DNA of 64,000 nt from Longimicrobiales bacterium (GTDB lineage: Bacteria; Gemmatimonadota; Gemmatimonadetes; Longimicrobiales; Gaopeijiaceae). The translations under genes were made by a program, and so were the position numbers. Of this stretch, positions 17,655 through 27,698 are shown piece after piece (position 1 is the stretch's first letter; every line of letters starts with the position of its first letter). The notes below the pieces were generated by a model that saw only the letters and a program-made list of their open reading frames with translations, was not told the origin of the DNA and did no database searches. Location: contig CBDDCX010000008.1 of assembly GCA_965226375.1 (NCBI GenBank), forward strand, positions 224,001 through 288,000. The letters are read 5' to 3'.

Positions 17655-18917
17655 ATGGAAGAGTTGACCTCCCAGGAAGGACGGGTGCTCGACGCCCTCG
17701 ACCGGGACGATCTCGTGGAGTCGATATGTGCACTCGTGGCCATCCCGAGTATGGGTGGCCACGAGACGCCGGCCCAGGAGTGGGTATCGGCCTTGATGAC
17801 GCGGATCGGCCTCGACGTGGACGTGTGGGAACTCGACTTCGAGGCCTTGGCGCAGCATCCCGCTCACGCGGTCGAATGCGAGCGTGATCGTGGTCTTGGA
17901 GTGGTCGGCCGGTTGGGCGAGGGGTCCGGCGATGCCAGTTTGATTCTCAACGGACACGTGGACGTCGTTCCTCCCGGCCACGATGAGCGGTGGTCTGGTC
18001 CCCCGTTCGTTCCTCGGCTCGAGGGCGACCGGATCTACGGCAGGGGATCGGTGGACATGAAGGCTGGTCTGTGCTCTGCGATTTTTGCCGCCAAGGCCAT
18101 TCAGGACGCCGGTGTGCGGCTTGCCGGCACGCTTCTGATCGAGAGCGTTATCGGAGAAGAAGACGGCGGTGTAGGGACGTTGGCCACGATCTCTCGGGGA
18201 TACCGTGCGGATGGGGCCATCGTCATGGAGCCCACCAACCTCGAGGTGGCGACGACCGGCGCCGGTTGTTTCAACTTTCGTGTGCGGGTGCCGGGAAGGG
18301 CTGCCCACGGCGCGCTCCGGTCAGAGGGAGTGAGCGCGATTCACAAGTCACATCGGATCCTCGCCGCCCTGGACGGGCTGGAACGGGATCGGAATGCCGA
18401 TGGCGACCCGATCATCCCCGGAGATCTCCCGTTCCCTATATCCGTGGGCACCGTGTCGGGAGGTGAGTGGGCGTCCTCGGTACCCGAAGAGGTGGTTTTT
18501 GAGGGCCGATACGGTGTGCGCCCCGGGGAAGACCCGGAACAGGCACGGTCGGCTCTGGAGTCCGCCGTGGCCGTGGCCGCCGGGGAGGACCCCTTCCTGC
18601 GCGCCAACGCGCCCGAGGTCGAATGGTGGGGTGGGCGCTATGAGGCCTGCCGGATCAACCCTGACGCGGGGGTCGCGGCGGCCGTCCGAGAGGCGCACCA
18701 GGTGGTGACCGGACGCCGCGCTCATGTGACGGGCGTACCCTACGGATCCGACATGGCCCTGCTCGTCAATCACGGCGCTACTCCGACCGTACTCTACGGG
18801 CCCGGGGACGTGAGGAATGCACACGCGCCCGACGAGTTCGTGCCGATCGACGAGGTGGTGACTGCGGCCCGTTCTCTCGCACTGACGGTAATGCGCTTCT
18901 GCGGCGTCGAACGGTGA
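17655..18917 (+). CDS. ArgE/DapE-family M20 deacylase/peptidase
   Basis: LILNGHVDVVP, YGRGSVDMK, IGEEDGG, GRAAHG, AHAPDEF. Confidence 0.92.
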   Translation: MEELTSQEGRVLDALDRDDLVESICALVAIPSMGGHETPAQEWVSALMTRIGLDVDVWELDFEALAQHPAHAVECERDRGLGVVGRLGEGSGDASLILNGHVDVVPPGHDERWSGPPFVPRLEGDRIYGRGSVDMKAGLCSAIFAAKAIQDAGVRLAGTLLIESVIGEEDGGVGTLATISRGYRADGAIVMEPTNLEVATTGAGCFNFRVRVPGRAAHGALRSEGVSAIHKSHRILAALDGLERDRNADGDPIIPGDLPFPISVGTVSGGEWASSVPEEVVFEGRYGVRPGEDPEQARSALESAVAVAAGEDPFLRANAPEVEWWGGRYEACRINPDAGVAAAVREAHQVVTGRRAHVTGVPYGSDMALLVNHGATPTVLYGPGDVRNAHAPDEFVPIDEVVTAARSLALTVMRFCGVER

Positions 18918-19321
18918 TCAAACTCTCTGCGGTAACCGAGGATCAGGCGCTGACCCCGCCGGTGCTGTTTTGGGGAGGCCTAGGAACGGTTCTCCAAATC
19001 GGGCTGGTGGTGGCTGGCCACTACAGTGACGCCGTGTACTTTGCCTGGCCCGTGCCCTCGTTGGTGACGGCGGTCCTCGCCGGCACGGCTTACGTGGCCC
19101 ACGTACGCCGGTCGTCGCGTGATTCGGCCTGGCACGGCGGGATGGTGGGTGGCATATGCACGTTCTTAGGCACCGCCCTGGCGGCGATCATGGCTGACGT
19201 GCCGGCACTCGACCTTGCCACGGTCACTCTGAGCGGCATCGCGGTGGCGGCCGTGGCCGGAACTCTTACCTTCGCGGTTCTGGGGGCTCGTCAGCCCCGC
19301 ACGAGCCGGGTGGCCACGTAG
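18914..19321 (+). CDS. Four-TM hypothetical membrane protein
   Basis: GTGA overlap with the upstream stop; hydrophobic helices. Confidence 0.7.
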   Translation: MIKLSAVTEDQALTPPVLFWGGLGTVLQIGLVVAGHYSDAVYFAWPVPSLVTAVLAGTAYVAHVRRSSRDSAWHGGMVGGICTFLGTALAAIMADVPALDLATVTLSGIAVAAVAGTLTFAVLGARQPRTSRVAT

Positions 19322-19773
19322 ACCAACAGAACGCCCACCAGGGCGTTCATCCTTCCGAGCCAGACAACGGTACGTCGAACCCGCTCGTGCTCCTCGGACC
19401 CCGGCGTCAGCGTACCCGCACGTGGACCCAGCCAGAAGTCGTGCAGCGAGGCGATGGCCAGCATCGCGCCCACGAGGGCCAGCTTCCAGGTCAGCATCCT
19501 CCCGGCCGATCCGAGCCAAAAGTCGCTGCCGCCCCTCAGGGCCGGCCCCAGGAGACCTCGAAAATGAAGGTTCAGAACGCCTGTCAGCACCAAGATGCCG
19601 ATGACCACCCAGCTCGCCGATCGAAACCGCTCCCCGATGTCCTTGAACAACCGGCGTCGCAGATCGGGATCCAAGCCCCGGAGCGCGGGAGCTCCCACGA
19701 TGGCGAGGAAGAACATGCCGCCGAGCCAGAACATGGCGGACAAGAGATGTATGGTGACGGAGATCGGATACAT
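19291..19773 (-). CDS. CopD/DUF4149-like membrane protein
   Basis: IHLLSAMFWLGGMFF, LTG..N, KLALV...LHDF.LGP. Confidence 0.8.
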   Translation of the reverse strand: MYPISVTIHLLSAMFWLGGMFFLAIVGAPALRGLDPDLRRRLFKDIGERFRSASWVVIGILVLTGVLNLHFRGLLGPALRGGSDFWLGSAGRMLTWKLALVGAMLAIASLHDFWLGPRAGTLTPGSEEHERVRRTVVWLGRMNALVGVLLVYVATRLVRG

Positions 19774-19786
19774 TGATTGCAGACGG

Positions 19787-20361
19787 CTAGCCCAGAATTC
19801 GAATCTGTGAGCTGGCGTCCTCGTGTTCTGTCCGTGTGCCCGACACTTCGTCCGAACGGGCCGTGCTGCTCGGCGTGAGCGGGAGCGTCAGGCAGACCTT
19901 CGCCCCCTCCCCCGGTCGGCTTTCGACCGTCAGGGAGCCTTCCCTGTGGGCGGCCCGGTCCAACATGCTGGAAAGGCCGAGCCCCTCTCTGGCGGCGAAC
20001 GCTTCCGCAGCGTCGAAGCCAGGGCCGTCATCTACGATCTCGACTCGCAGCTGATCGTCTGTGGTCGTCAGATGCACCGATGCCCTTGTGGCGTGCGCGT
20101 GCTGAGCGCTGTTTTGCAGAGCTTCTTGCACGATGCGAAATACAGCGAGACGCACCTCGGCACCCAGTGCCGGAAGCGGCGAATCCACGGTAACTCCCAC
20201 AGTCAGAGCACCGGTCTCTTCCACGGTGCGTGCATACGCTCCCACGGCGGCTTCCAGCCCCAGGTCGTCCAATTCCGGGGGGTGGAGCCTGCGAGGCCGA
20301 AGAGGAGCGTCAGAGGATCTCGCGAGAGCTGCATGACGCCACGGCTCAATTGCTCGCCACG
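19787..20361 (-). pseudogene. NarX/UhpB-type (HisKA_3) histidine kinase remnant with inverted H-box
   Basis: Minus strand LHPPELDDLGL..FRIVQEALQN..HA..DDGPGFD..GLGL; H-box EEERQRISRELHD reads on the plus strand 20293-20361; no sensor domain. Confidence 0.82.
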
Positions 20362-20420
20362 GAGACGGACCCGGTGACATGCGCGACGGGGGTAGTTGGG
20401 CTTGGGCCCCGACCTCTTCA

Positions 20421-20999
20421 TCAGCCCACGATCCATCCCATGAGCATCGTGATCCGGGGCCCGCCCTTGGCCACACTCACGGCCACGTTGAGCGGTATGA
20501 ACAGATCTCCGAACGGTAGCGTGGAGCCGGCAGCGAAAATCATCGAGGTATTAGGTTCCCAGTCGTTGTCCTTGTTCACACTGAAGTTGGGACCGACGCC
20601 GAATTCGACGCCGCTCTCCAGCCGGTATCCGGCCAGCCAGCCCAGGGACAGGCTGAACTCGCTCTGCTCCACGCCTCCGACCAGCAAGATCCACTCCATG
20701 AGGGCTTGGTTGCCACCCTGCATCGATACGATCTGAGTCTCCCACTGCCAGCCGAACTGTGTCATCATGGGCTCGAGGCCGACGGCATCCCTTTGGTCGG
20801 CGGTTTCTCCAGTGAAAACGGTAAATCCGAAGCGCGGCCCGGACAGTTTTTGGCGGGGGAGCTTCTTCACTCTCATGTCCTCGGGGATCACGGGGACTTC
20901 AGGCGTCCCTGAGATCACGGGAACCGGCTCCTGAGCTGCGACGTTTCCTACGCTCACGGCCAGGGCTGCGATCACATAGGCCAGTGCGGTGCGTGACAT
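20421..20999 (-). CDS. Secreted/outer-membrane hypothetical protein
   Basis: Signal peptide, LSGPRFG motif, amphipathic beta strands; AAGGAG RBS. Confidence 0.8.
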   Translation of the reverse strand: MSRTALAYVIAALAVSVGNVAAQEPVPVISGTPEVPVIPEDMRVKKLPRQKLSGPRFGFTVFTGETADQRDAVGLEPMMTQFGWQWETQIVSMQGGNQALMEWILLVGGVEQSEFSLSLGWLAGYRLESGVEFGVGPNFSVNKDNDWEPNTSMIFAAGSTLPFGDLFIPLNVAVSVAKGGPRITMLMGWIVG

Positions 21000-21078
21000 G
21001 ATTCGTTCTCCTTCCAGGGTTTCCGGGTGTGGGATTGTCCCACAGGAGAACGATGGCCAAACGGGGAGGGGGTCTCGA

Positions 21079-21116
21079 TACGTCGGAGTACGTAGCGCGA
21101 AATGATGATTACGTAG
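21079..21116. promoter_or_regulatory. Three helically phased TACGT(A/C)G boxes
   Basis: Copies start at 21079, 21089 and 21110 (10 and 21 bp apart), upstream of the 20421-20999 gene. Confidence 0.45.
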
Positions 21117-21177
21117 TCGAGTTCGCCGCTATCAGAGCCTCAAATCAGGTTGCCCTGGGGTAGGCACGCTGCGGGCG

Positions 21178-21414
21178 TCAGCGTCCCAACGCGAGGGAGT
21201 CGTGCTCCGCGGCGCGCACGTTCGACTTCTCCAGCGCGTCGAGCGCCTTACCCACTCCCCTGGCTCCCGGGATCGGGAGCGTGGCTATGATGCTGTCCTT
21301 CTGACGCCTCGTAAGCGAATCGCGAGCCTGGTCGGAGGCGCTCTGGCCACCGGAGCAACCGAGAAGCAGGATCATCGAGCCGGCGAATGCCGCCAGCGAA
21401 AGATTCTTGAGCAT
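21178..21414 (-). CDS. Small lipoprotein
   Basis: LLLGC lipobox; GAGGAAGAGG RBS. Confidence 0.75.
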   Translation of the reverse strand: MLKNLSLAAFAGSMILLLGCSGGQSASDQARDSLTRRQKDSIIATLPIPGARGVGKALDALEKSNVRAAEHDSLALGR

Positions 21415-21467
21415 GGTCGCCTCTTCCTCGTGTAGCACTGCCTAGCGGCGTTGGCGCTTGGCTAGCA

Positions 21468-21983
21468 TCACTCCAAGTCCCGCGGTCGAGTGAAGCTCAC
21501 CAAGCGTCCGCAGTCGCTCCGTGTCTCTTCCCAACGATCTACCTCGAGATCGATTATCGCCAGGCCCGCGGTTGGGTACTTGGTGCGCATGAGGGCCAGG
21601 GCGGTCGCTTCTCCCTGGGCACAGAGTGCGTCGGCCAGGATGGACGTTCCGGGATTGTGCGCCACCATGAGGACAGACTCGACCGTGTCGGGCACCGCTC
21701 GCAGAAGGTCCAGCATTTCCTGGGGGCCGGCCAGGTATAGGTCACCGTCCCAGTCGATCGCCGGCTCGACGTCCAACTCCTCTAGCACGGCGGCCAGAGT
21801 CTGACGGGTCCGTGCCGCAGTCGAGCACAATACGAAATCCGGTGTGTGACCGCCTTCTCGGAGGAAAGCGCCCATCAGTGGGGCCGCATGATAGCCCCGG
21901 CTGTTCAAGGGGCGGTCGTGATCGCCGAGCGATGCGTCGCTCCAACTCGACTTGGCATGACGCAGCAGATAGAGTGTTTTCAT
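21468..21983 (-). CDS. sixA: SixA-type histidine phosphatase
   Basis: LLRHAKSSW..DHDRPL..RG, STAARTRQT, VAHNP. Confidence 0.88.
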   Translation of the reverse strand: MKTLYLLRHAKSSWSDASLGDHDRPLNSRGYHAAPLMGAFLREGGHTPDFVLCSTAARTRQTLAAVLEELDVEPAIDWDGDLYLAGPQEMLDLLRAVPDTVESVLMVAHNPGTSILADALCAQGEATALALMRTKYPTAGLAIIDLEVDRWEETRSDCGRLVSFTRPRDLE

Positions 21984-22073
21984 AGTCATACCCATAAACA
22001 TTTGGCGCCCAACGTGCTAGTATAGAAGAATCGCCCCCTGGGCGGTTTTTGCTTCTCCGAGCGGAGGACGTCC

Positions 22074-24236
22074 GTGGGAAACGCTGCGACGAAAGATCTC
22101 GCGGCCATTGGGCCTCGATCACGTAAACGGTTCATCAACCGGGAACTCTCCTGGCTGGCGTTCAATGAGCGTGTGCTCGAAGAGGCCATGAATGAGCGGC
22201 ACCCCCTTCTCGAACGGGTCCGATTCCTCTCCATCTCCGGTACCAATCTGGACGAGTTCTTTATGGTGCGGGTCGCCGGCCTTAGGGCGCAGGTAGAGGC
22301 TGGAATCACGTCCTTGAGCCAGGACGGGAGAACGCCCCTCCAGCAGTATCGGCAGGTCAACAACCGTGCGGCTAAACTCATGACGCGCCAGCAGACGGTA
22401 TGGCAGGTGCTTCGCGAGGAACTCGCGGAGAGGAACTTGGCGGTCCTTCATCCCTCGGACGTCGGGGAGGCGGACCAAGAGTGGATGGACGACCACTTCA
22501 TCCGTCAGATCTTCCCATTGCTCACGCCACTAGCGGTGGATCCGGCGCACCCTGTTCCGTTCATACCGAACGGTGGACTTTGCCTCGCCCTTTCACTTCG
22601 TAATACGAGTAGTGGCGAACGGATGAGGGCGTTGTTGCCCCTTCCCACCCAGATTTTGCGATTCATCCGCCTGCCCGGGAAGTTGAAGAAGCCGCGCTTC
22701 CTTAGGGTGGAGGAGCTGATCTGCCGACACCTGGATGAGCTTTTTCCTGGATTCGAGGTCGAGGAGGTGGAGCACTTCCGGGTCTTGAGGGACTCCGACG
22801 TGGAAATCGAAGAGAAGGCCGAAGATCTGGTCCGAGAGTTCGAGTCGTTGGTCAAGCGTCGGAAGAGGGGCTCGGTCATCTCCCTTCGCGTGTCGACGTT
22901 CATGTCCAAAGAGATGAGGGATTTTCTCATCAAGGATCTGGGAGCCGAGCCGGACGTGGTGTTCCAGGCCGGGGGTTTGTTGGGCCTTGGGGATCTGGCC
23001 GAGCTGATCACGGCCGACCGGCCCGACCTCATCTTCGACCCGTTCACCCCCCGTTTTCCCGAGCGGATTCGGGACTTTGACGGAGACCACTTCGCGGCCA
23101 TGCGGGCCAATGACCTGCTGGTTCATCACCCCTTCGAAAGCTTCGACGTGGTGGTGGAGTTCATCCGACAAGCAGCGCGCGATCCGGATGTGATGGCCAT
23201 CAAGCAGACCCTGTATCGAACCAGCTACGATTCCCCCATCGTAGGTGATCTCATTGAAGCGGCAGAGGCCGGGAAGAGTGTTACGGCTCTCGTGGAACTG
23301 AAGGCCCGATTCGACGAGGAAGCGAACATTCGTCTGGCGCGAAAGATGGAGGCGTCCGGTGTGCACGTGGTCTACGGATTCATGGACCTCAAGACCCACG
23401 CCAAGCTCTCTCTCGTGGTTCGGCGCGAAGAGGGTGAGTTGCGGTCATATGTCCACATCGGGACAGGCAACTACCATCCAGGCAATGCGCGAGTGTACAC
23501 GGACCTCTCGTACTTCACCTGTGATGAGAGTTTGTCCGAGGACGTCGCTCGGGTGTTCAATTTCACGACCGGGTACGGCCGTCCACAGGGCCTGAACAAG
23601 CTCGTAGTGGCCCCCTTCGATCTGCACGACACCCTCGTGAAGCTCATCGAAGACGAAATCGCCCACGCTGAGGCCGGCCGGCCCGCCACGATCTGGGCGA
23701 AGCTCAATGCTTTGGTGGACGGTAGCATCATCGACAGTCTCTATCGGGCCTCACAGGCGGGTGTCCGGATTACTCTTGTGGTCAGGGGGATCTGTTGTCT
23801 CCGGCCTGGAATTCCGGGCCTCTCCGAGAACATCACTGTCAAGAGCATCGTGGGCCGCTTCCTGGAGCACAGCCGCATCGTGTGCTTCGGAAGCGGGCAT
23901 CCGCTCCCGTCACCCTCAACCGCCGTTTTCATCTCTTCGGCGGATTGGATGCCCCGAAACCTCTATCGGAGGGTCGAGCACCTCGTTCCCATCGATAACC
24001 CCACCATTCACCGACAAATTCTCCACGAGATCATGCAGGCCAATCTCCGTGACACGCTTCAGAGCTGGCATCTCAGGGCCGATCGGACCTATGAGCGTGC
24101 GGTGGCAGATGAGGATCCGTTCAGTGCTCACGGCTACTTCATGACCAATCCGAGCCTATCAGGGCGCGGGAGTGCCGTCACCGACGCGCCGCAGCCTGAG
24201 AGTCCCGCTCCCGCCCAGCCGATCGAGCGAGGTTGA
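22074..24236 (+). CDS. ppk1: Polyphosphate kinase 1
   Basis: NRELSWLAFNERVL, DPAHP, LVHHPFESF, KTHAK, GTGNY, GRFLEHSR, SSADWMPRNL. Confidence 0.97.
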   Translation: MGNAATKDLAAIGPRSRKRFINRELSWLAFNERVLEEAMNERHPLLERVRFLSISGTNLDEFFMVRVAGLRAQVEAGITSLSQDGRTPLQQYRQVNNRAAKLMTRQQTVWQVLREELAERNLAVLHPSDVGEADQEWMDDHFIRQIFPLLTPLAVDPAHPVPFIPNGGLCLALSLRNTSSGERMRALLPLPTQILRFIRLPGKLKKPRFLRVEELICRHLDELFPGFEVEEVEHFRVLRDSDVEIEEKAEDLVREFESLVKRRKRGSVISLRVSTFMSKEMRDFLIKDLGAEPDVVFQAGGLLGLGDLAELITADRPDLIFDPFTPRFPERIRDFDGDHFAAMRANDLLVHHPFESFDVVVEFIRQAARDPDVMAIKQTLYRTSYDSPIVGDLIEAAEAGKSVTALVELKARFDEEANIRLARKMEASGVHVVYGFMDLKTHAKLSLVVRREEGELRSYVHIGTGNYHPGNARVYTDLSYFTCDESLSEDVARVFNFTTGYGRPQGLNKLVVAPFDLHDTLVKLIEDEIAHAEAGRPATIWAKLNALVDGSIIDSLYRASQAGVRITLVVRGICCLRPGIPGLSENITVKSIVGRFLEHSRIVCFGSGHPLPSPSTAVFISSADWMPRNLYRRVEHLVPIDNPTIHRQILHEIMQANLRDTLQSWHLRADRTYERAVADEDPFSAHGYFMTNPSLSGRGSAVTDAPQPESPAPAQPIERG

Positions 24237-24338
24237 AGGAGGCGGGACAGCGGTAGGAAAGTACTTGCCCAAAGCCGGCTCTTGAGTGGGTATTCCTACA
24301 GCCCGGGAAGGACAGTGCCCAGCCCCAAAGGAAGGCCA

Positions 24339-26393
24339 ATGAGCGAAGACGAGCTGACGCCATCAGAGCCACTGTCACGCCCCGAGTCTTCGGAGGGCTC
24401 CCCACTACCGGACCCGTCGGGAAGCGCTCCGCAGCGATCCAGCAAAGGGAGCTTCGAGGACCGACGTGGCGCTCGCTTGCCCTGGCCGCCCCCGGGGTTC
24501 GAGTGGATTCAAGGGGCCCTCTGGAAGGTCACCACGCTGGCTTGGCTCGGAAGTGTGGTGCTCGTGGCGCCCCTCATCTGGTCGCTGGCGACACCTCAGG
24601 AGTTCTGGAGTCTCGGACCGCTGGAGGACAACTGGGCGCTCGGGCTCGTTGTGAGCCTGTTGGGAGCGGCGATTCTCTTCGCTGCGTTCTTCTTCCTTCA
24701 GTCTCTCGTACGGGCAGGCGGGCGCGCGGCCGACCTGGGTTACGGGTTCCTGACCATCGCCGAGGTCGCGACCGATCTGAGGCGGGACCAGGGCTTCCTA
24801 CTCATGGGGAAGCGGCACTTTTCCCGGTTTCCCGACGCCGACCGTGCCCGGCTCACCAAGCTCTGTCTTGCAGCCGCGGTCCTGATTCTCTCCGGGGCAC
24901 TCTGGCTCGCTGTGGGCTTCTCGTTGTCCGTTCTCATGGCCGCCCGAGAGCTTCTGAGCCAGAGACAGATCTGGATCGTGACCATGGGGCCCACAATGGT
25001 GCTCCTCGTGCTCGGCGGAGTCCTCCACGGGTATCAGTTCGCCAGGGTCCGACTCGCGCTGTCCGCCTGGCGCCAGACGGAAGGTGGCAACGATCGAATT
25101 CGCCAAGAGGTTACGGACTGGACCACCGAGCTCGAGGAAGCAGGAGATCAGGTGGTCTTGGGCGCCGGCTCGCTGGGTCAGGGGAGGCGGTTCCGGGGTG
25201 TGGCGCTCCTGGTCGTACTCCTCTTCATCGTGGCCGTCGTCCCGACGTTGACGGTCTCCATGGCCGGATCCGTCGGTCCCGTGCTCGCAGAGATCGCGAT
25301 CCCACAGTTCCTGTCGGTGCAGGAGATGGCGGGAGCCGCGGAGGCGCTCCGGCGCTATCGCGTGGATCCCGACGCTTCGATCAGCGCCATGGAGGTGGGG
25401 CAGGCGCTGAACAACGTGGCCTTTGTCGGAGCTGCCGGACCCCATCCCGAACACCTCGAGCAACCGCCGGCCACGCACTACGCCACACCCTGGTTCCCGA
25501 GTCCCGACTTCCCGGACATCTTCCAGGAGGACGTAGGGAGAGACCTCGTTCTTCAGATCGAGCAGGGCTTCTCGACTGACCAACTCGCCGCTCTGAGACA
25601 AGCGGCAGCGCATGCGGCCCAGGACGATCTCACCCTCGTTGCGAGGGCCGAGCGGATCGACATGGTGTCCACCAGGTGGATCACCCCGTTCCCCGATAGC
25701 CTGACGGTGTTTACGCTGCCGTTCCCACACTTCACCGAGGTGCGCTACGCCGCCCTGGCGCGAGCCGCCAAAGCGGTTCTGGAGCAGATCGCTGGACAGC
25801 CCGAACAGGCCGAGACCTCCATCCGGGAGATCATTTCCTTCGGGTTCGTGCTCGTGGACCAAGGTCCCACGCTGATCGACAATCTGGTCGGCGTGGTGGT
25901 TGCCAATATCGGTGCAGATGCGCTCGAGGGACTGTACGCGGTGCAGAACCGGGATGATGAATTGGAGACTCTCCGATGGGCGCGTGAGTCCTCGACCAAC
26001 GCGGCGCGTGCTGCCCGGCTGGGTCTGACCGAGGAGGATATCCACACGATTCTCAGGGGTATTCCCGACATCGTGGAAAACGAGAGTGCCCTGCGTGGAT
26101 TGCGGTGGGAGTATCTCGCCACCTTCAATATGCTGGCACCTTGTATCAACCTACAGAAGATGGTCTTCGGGCCCGACGAGACCTACCAGGCGTGGCTCGA
26201 TCGAGTCGAGGCATCCCTCGTTCGTGTACCGGGAGATGCAGAGCTTTTCGCACTGGCCCAGTCCGGAGCGTTCCGGGAAAACCTGGAGCCCGGCACGCTC
26301 ACTCGTCTCATGACCGTGACCTTGGGTACTCGGACGCGGCCTGGGAGCTGTGTGAACCTGGTCGCGTCATTGGAGTCCGGCCAAGCCTTCTGA
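24339..26393 (+). CDS. Large hypothetical membrane protein (about 5 TM helices plus helical C-domain)
   Basis: Long ORF with hydrophobic segments in the N-half; no family recognised. Confidence 0.8.
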   Translation: MSEDELTPSEPLSRPESSEGSPLPDPSGSAPQRSSKGSFEDRRGARLPWPPPGFEWIQGALWKVTTLAWLGSVVLVAPLIWSLATPQEFWSLGPLEDNWALGLVVSLLGAAILFAAFFFLQSLVRAGGRAADLGYGFLTIAEVATDLRRDQGFLLMGKRHFSRFPDADRARLTKLCLAAAVLILSGALWLAVGFSLSVLMAARELLSQRQIWIVTMGPTMVLLVLGGVLHGYQFARVRLALSAWRQTEGGNDRIRQEVTDWTTELEEAGDQVVLGAGSLGQGRRFRGVALLVVLLFIVAVVPTLTVSMAGSVGPVLAEIAIPQFLSVQEMAGAAEALRRYRVDPDASISAMEVGQALNNVAFVGAAGPHPEHLEQPPATHYATPWFPSPDFPDIFQEDVGRDLVLQIEQGFSTDQLAALRQAAAHAAQDDLTLVARAERIDMVSTRWITPFPDSLTVFTLPFPHFTEVRYAALARAAKAVLEQIAGQPEQAETSIREIISFGFVLVDQGPTLIDNLVGVVVANIGADALEGLYAVQNRDDELETLRWARESSTNAARAARLGLTEEDIHTILRGIPDIVENESALRGLRWEYLATFNMLAPCINLQKMVFGPDETYQAWLDRVEASLVRVPGDAELFALAQSGAFRENLEPGTLTRLMTVTLGTRTRPGSCVNLVASLESGQAF

Positions 26394-26434
26394 GGGTGTA
26401 CCGCACCGACAGTGCCGCGTCTACGCCCCCCTAA

Positions 26435-26573
26435 GTGCTGCTCCCTCGGGCTTCTGGGCATATCGTTCGTGGTCGCGCGCGGGGATGAGGGTTGGGTGCC
26501 CCTCCGGAGCGGGTCTGCCGCGTAGCGGCAGAGCGTAGCGTACGCGCAGGAGGGGCACCCAACCCTCATCCCC
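26435..26573. repeat. Extragenic composite hairpin element (copy A)
   Basis: Perfect 25-bp inverted repeat 26481-26505/26549-26573 enclosing tctgccgc-gta-gcggcaga; motif gtgctgctccctcgggctt at 26435-26453. Confidence 0.75.
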
Positions 26574-26577
26574 AGAC

Positions 26578-27450
26578 CTACCGCGTCCACGGCCTATCTT
26601 GCGTCACACCGATCGGCTCGAGGGAGCGCGACGGCCGCCGAGCTTCTCTGGTGGCCAGATCGAATTCGTCGCCGGGTGCGAGCATGTAGAAGAGACCCGA
26701 GTCACCGATCATGCTCTGGTTGTCGTAGATGAGGACGTAACTCTGACCGATGACCTCGAATTCGTCACCCTGGACCACGATGGCGGTGTTCTCGTCGATC
26801 GCGATGCCGAGCAGCTCGGGCCGGGCACGGATGATCTCGATGAGATCGAACTGCCGGTTGCGCTTGAGGACGTGCTGATCGATGGCCGTGTTACGGAGAA
26901 AACCGAAGCCTTCCTCGTGGTCTCCCATCATGATCGTGTTGGTGCGCGTGTCACCCCGAGCCAGATAAGACCCCTGGATGCTCGCGCCGGCCGAGGAGCC
27001 CCCGATGACTCCGCCGCGCTCCAGCAGATTCCATAGCTCCTCCTCCGTCTTGGTACCGAGATAGGAATCCGCGATTCGCCATTGGCGCCCTCCGGGGAAC
27101 CACACGCCATTGGCTTCCCGGATCGCCTTAACGAACGCGTCGGAATCGGCCTCCGTCCGATCGTTCGTGTGAAGCACCGTGAGGTGGGTGGCGCCCACGT
27201 CGCGCCAGGAGTTGAGACCCTGGTAGAACTCGTCGTACTCATTTTCACCGCCGGCCGTGGGGATGACCACGATCGGAGCGTTGGGGCCACCCGCCAAGTC
27301 CAGGAAGCGCTCCATGATGCCCGGGTCGCGCATCGCTCCCCCCACAATGACCAGGGAGCCGTTCGACGGACCCACCTCCTGGGCCCCGAGCCACGGGACG
27401 AACGACAGGAACACCAGCGCTGCCAGGGTGCTCAGGGTTGGTCGATGCAT
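26578..27450 (-). CDS. Cyanophycinase-like S51 peptidase with signal peptide
   Basis: LVIVGG, VIPTAG, GGRQWR, GGSSAGA nucleophile, IDQH..RNR, IDENTA. Confidence 0.88.
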   Translation of the reverse strand: MHRPTLSTLAALVFLSFVPWLGAQEVGPSNGSLVIVGGAMRDPGIMERFLDLAGGPNAPIVVIPTAGGENEYDEFYQGLNSWRDVGATHLTVLHTNDRTEADSDAFVKAIREANGVWFPGGRQWRIADSYLGTKTEEELWNLLERGGVIGGSSAGASIQGSYLARGDTRTNTIMMGDHEEGFGFLRNTAIDQHVLKRNRQFDLIEIIRARPELLGIAIDENTAIVVQGDEFEVIGQSYVLIYDNQSMIGDSGLFYMLAPGDEFDLATREARRPSRSLEPIGVTQDRPWTR

Positions 27451-27542
27451 GGTCTTCTCCAAGAGTCGGGTCGCTGCAGGCGACGCACAAAGTGTCGTCG
27501 CGCTACGGGGTGGGCAAACCGTCGGGTGCACGTGGACAGGTC

Positions 27543-27677
27543 GCGGGAGTCGCACATCGCCCTCACCCCGCTGCGCTACTGCCGCTTTGCGGCAGACGGG
27601 TTCGGGAGATGTGCGACTCCCGCTCCCCCGACCGGGTTCCTACGGAACGCTCCGCCCCGTGCTGCTCCCTTGGGCTT
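27543..27677. repeat. Extragenic composite hairpin element (copy B)
   Basis: Perfect 16-bp inverted repeat 27543-27558/27608-27623 enclosing ctgccgc-ttt-gcggcag; motif gtgctgctcccttgggctt at 27659-27677. Confidence 0.72.
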
Positions 27678-27698
27678 GTTGCGGTCAGTTCGCTCGCC

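Noticed and set aside
26435..26453. SRP RNA from the GGGAGCAGCAC-like motif on the minus strand
   Set aside because: It lacks the UCAGG-GGAA-GCAGC helix context and occurs twice as part of a repeat.
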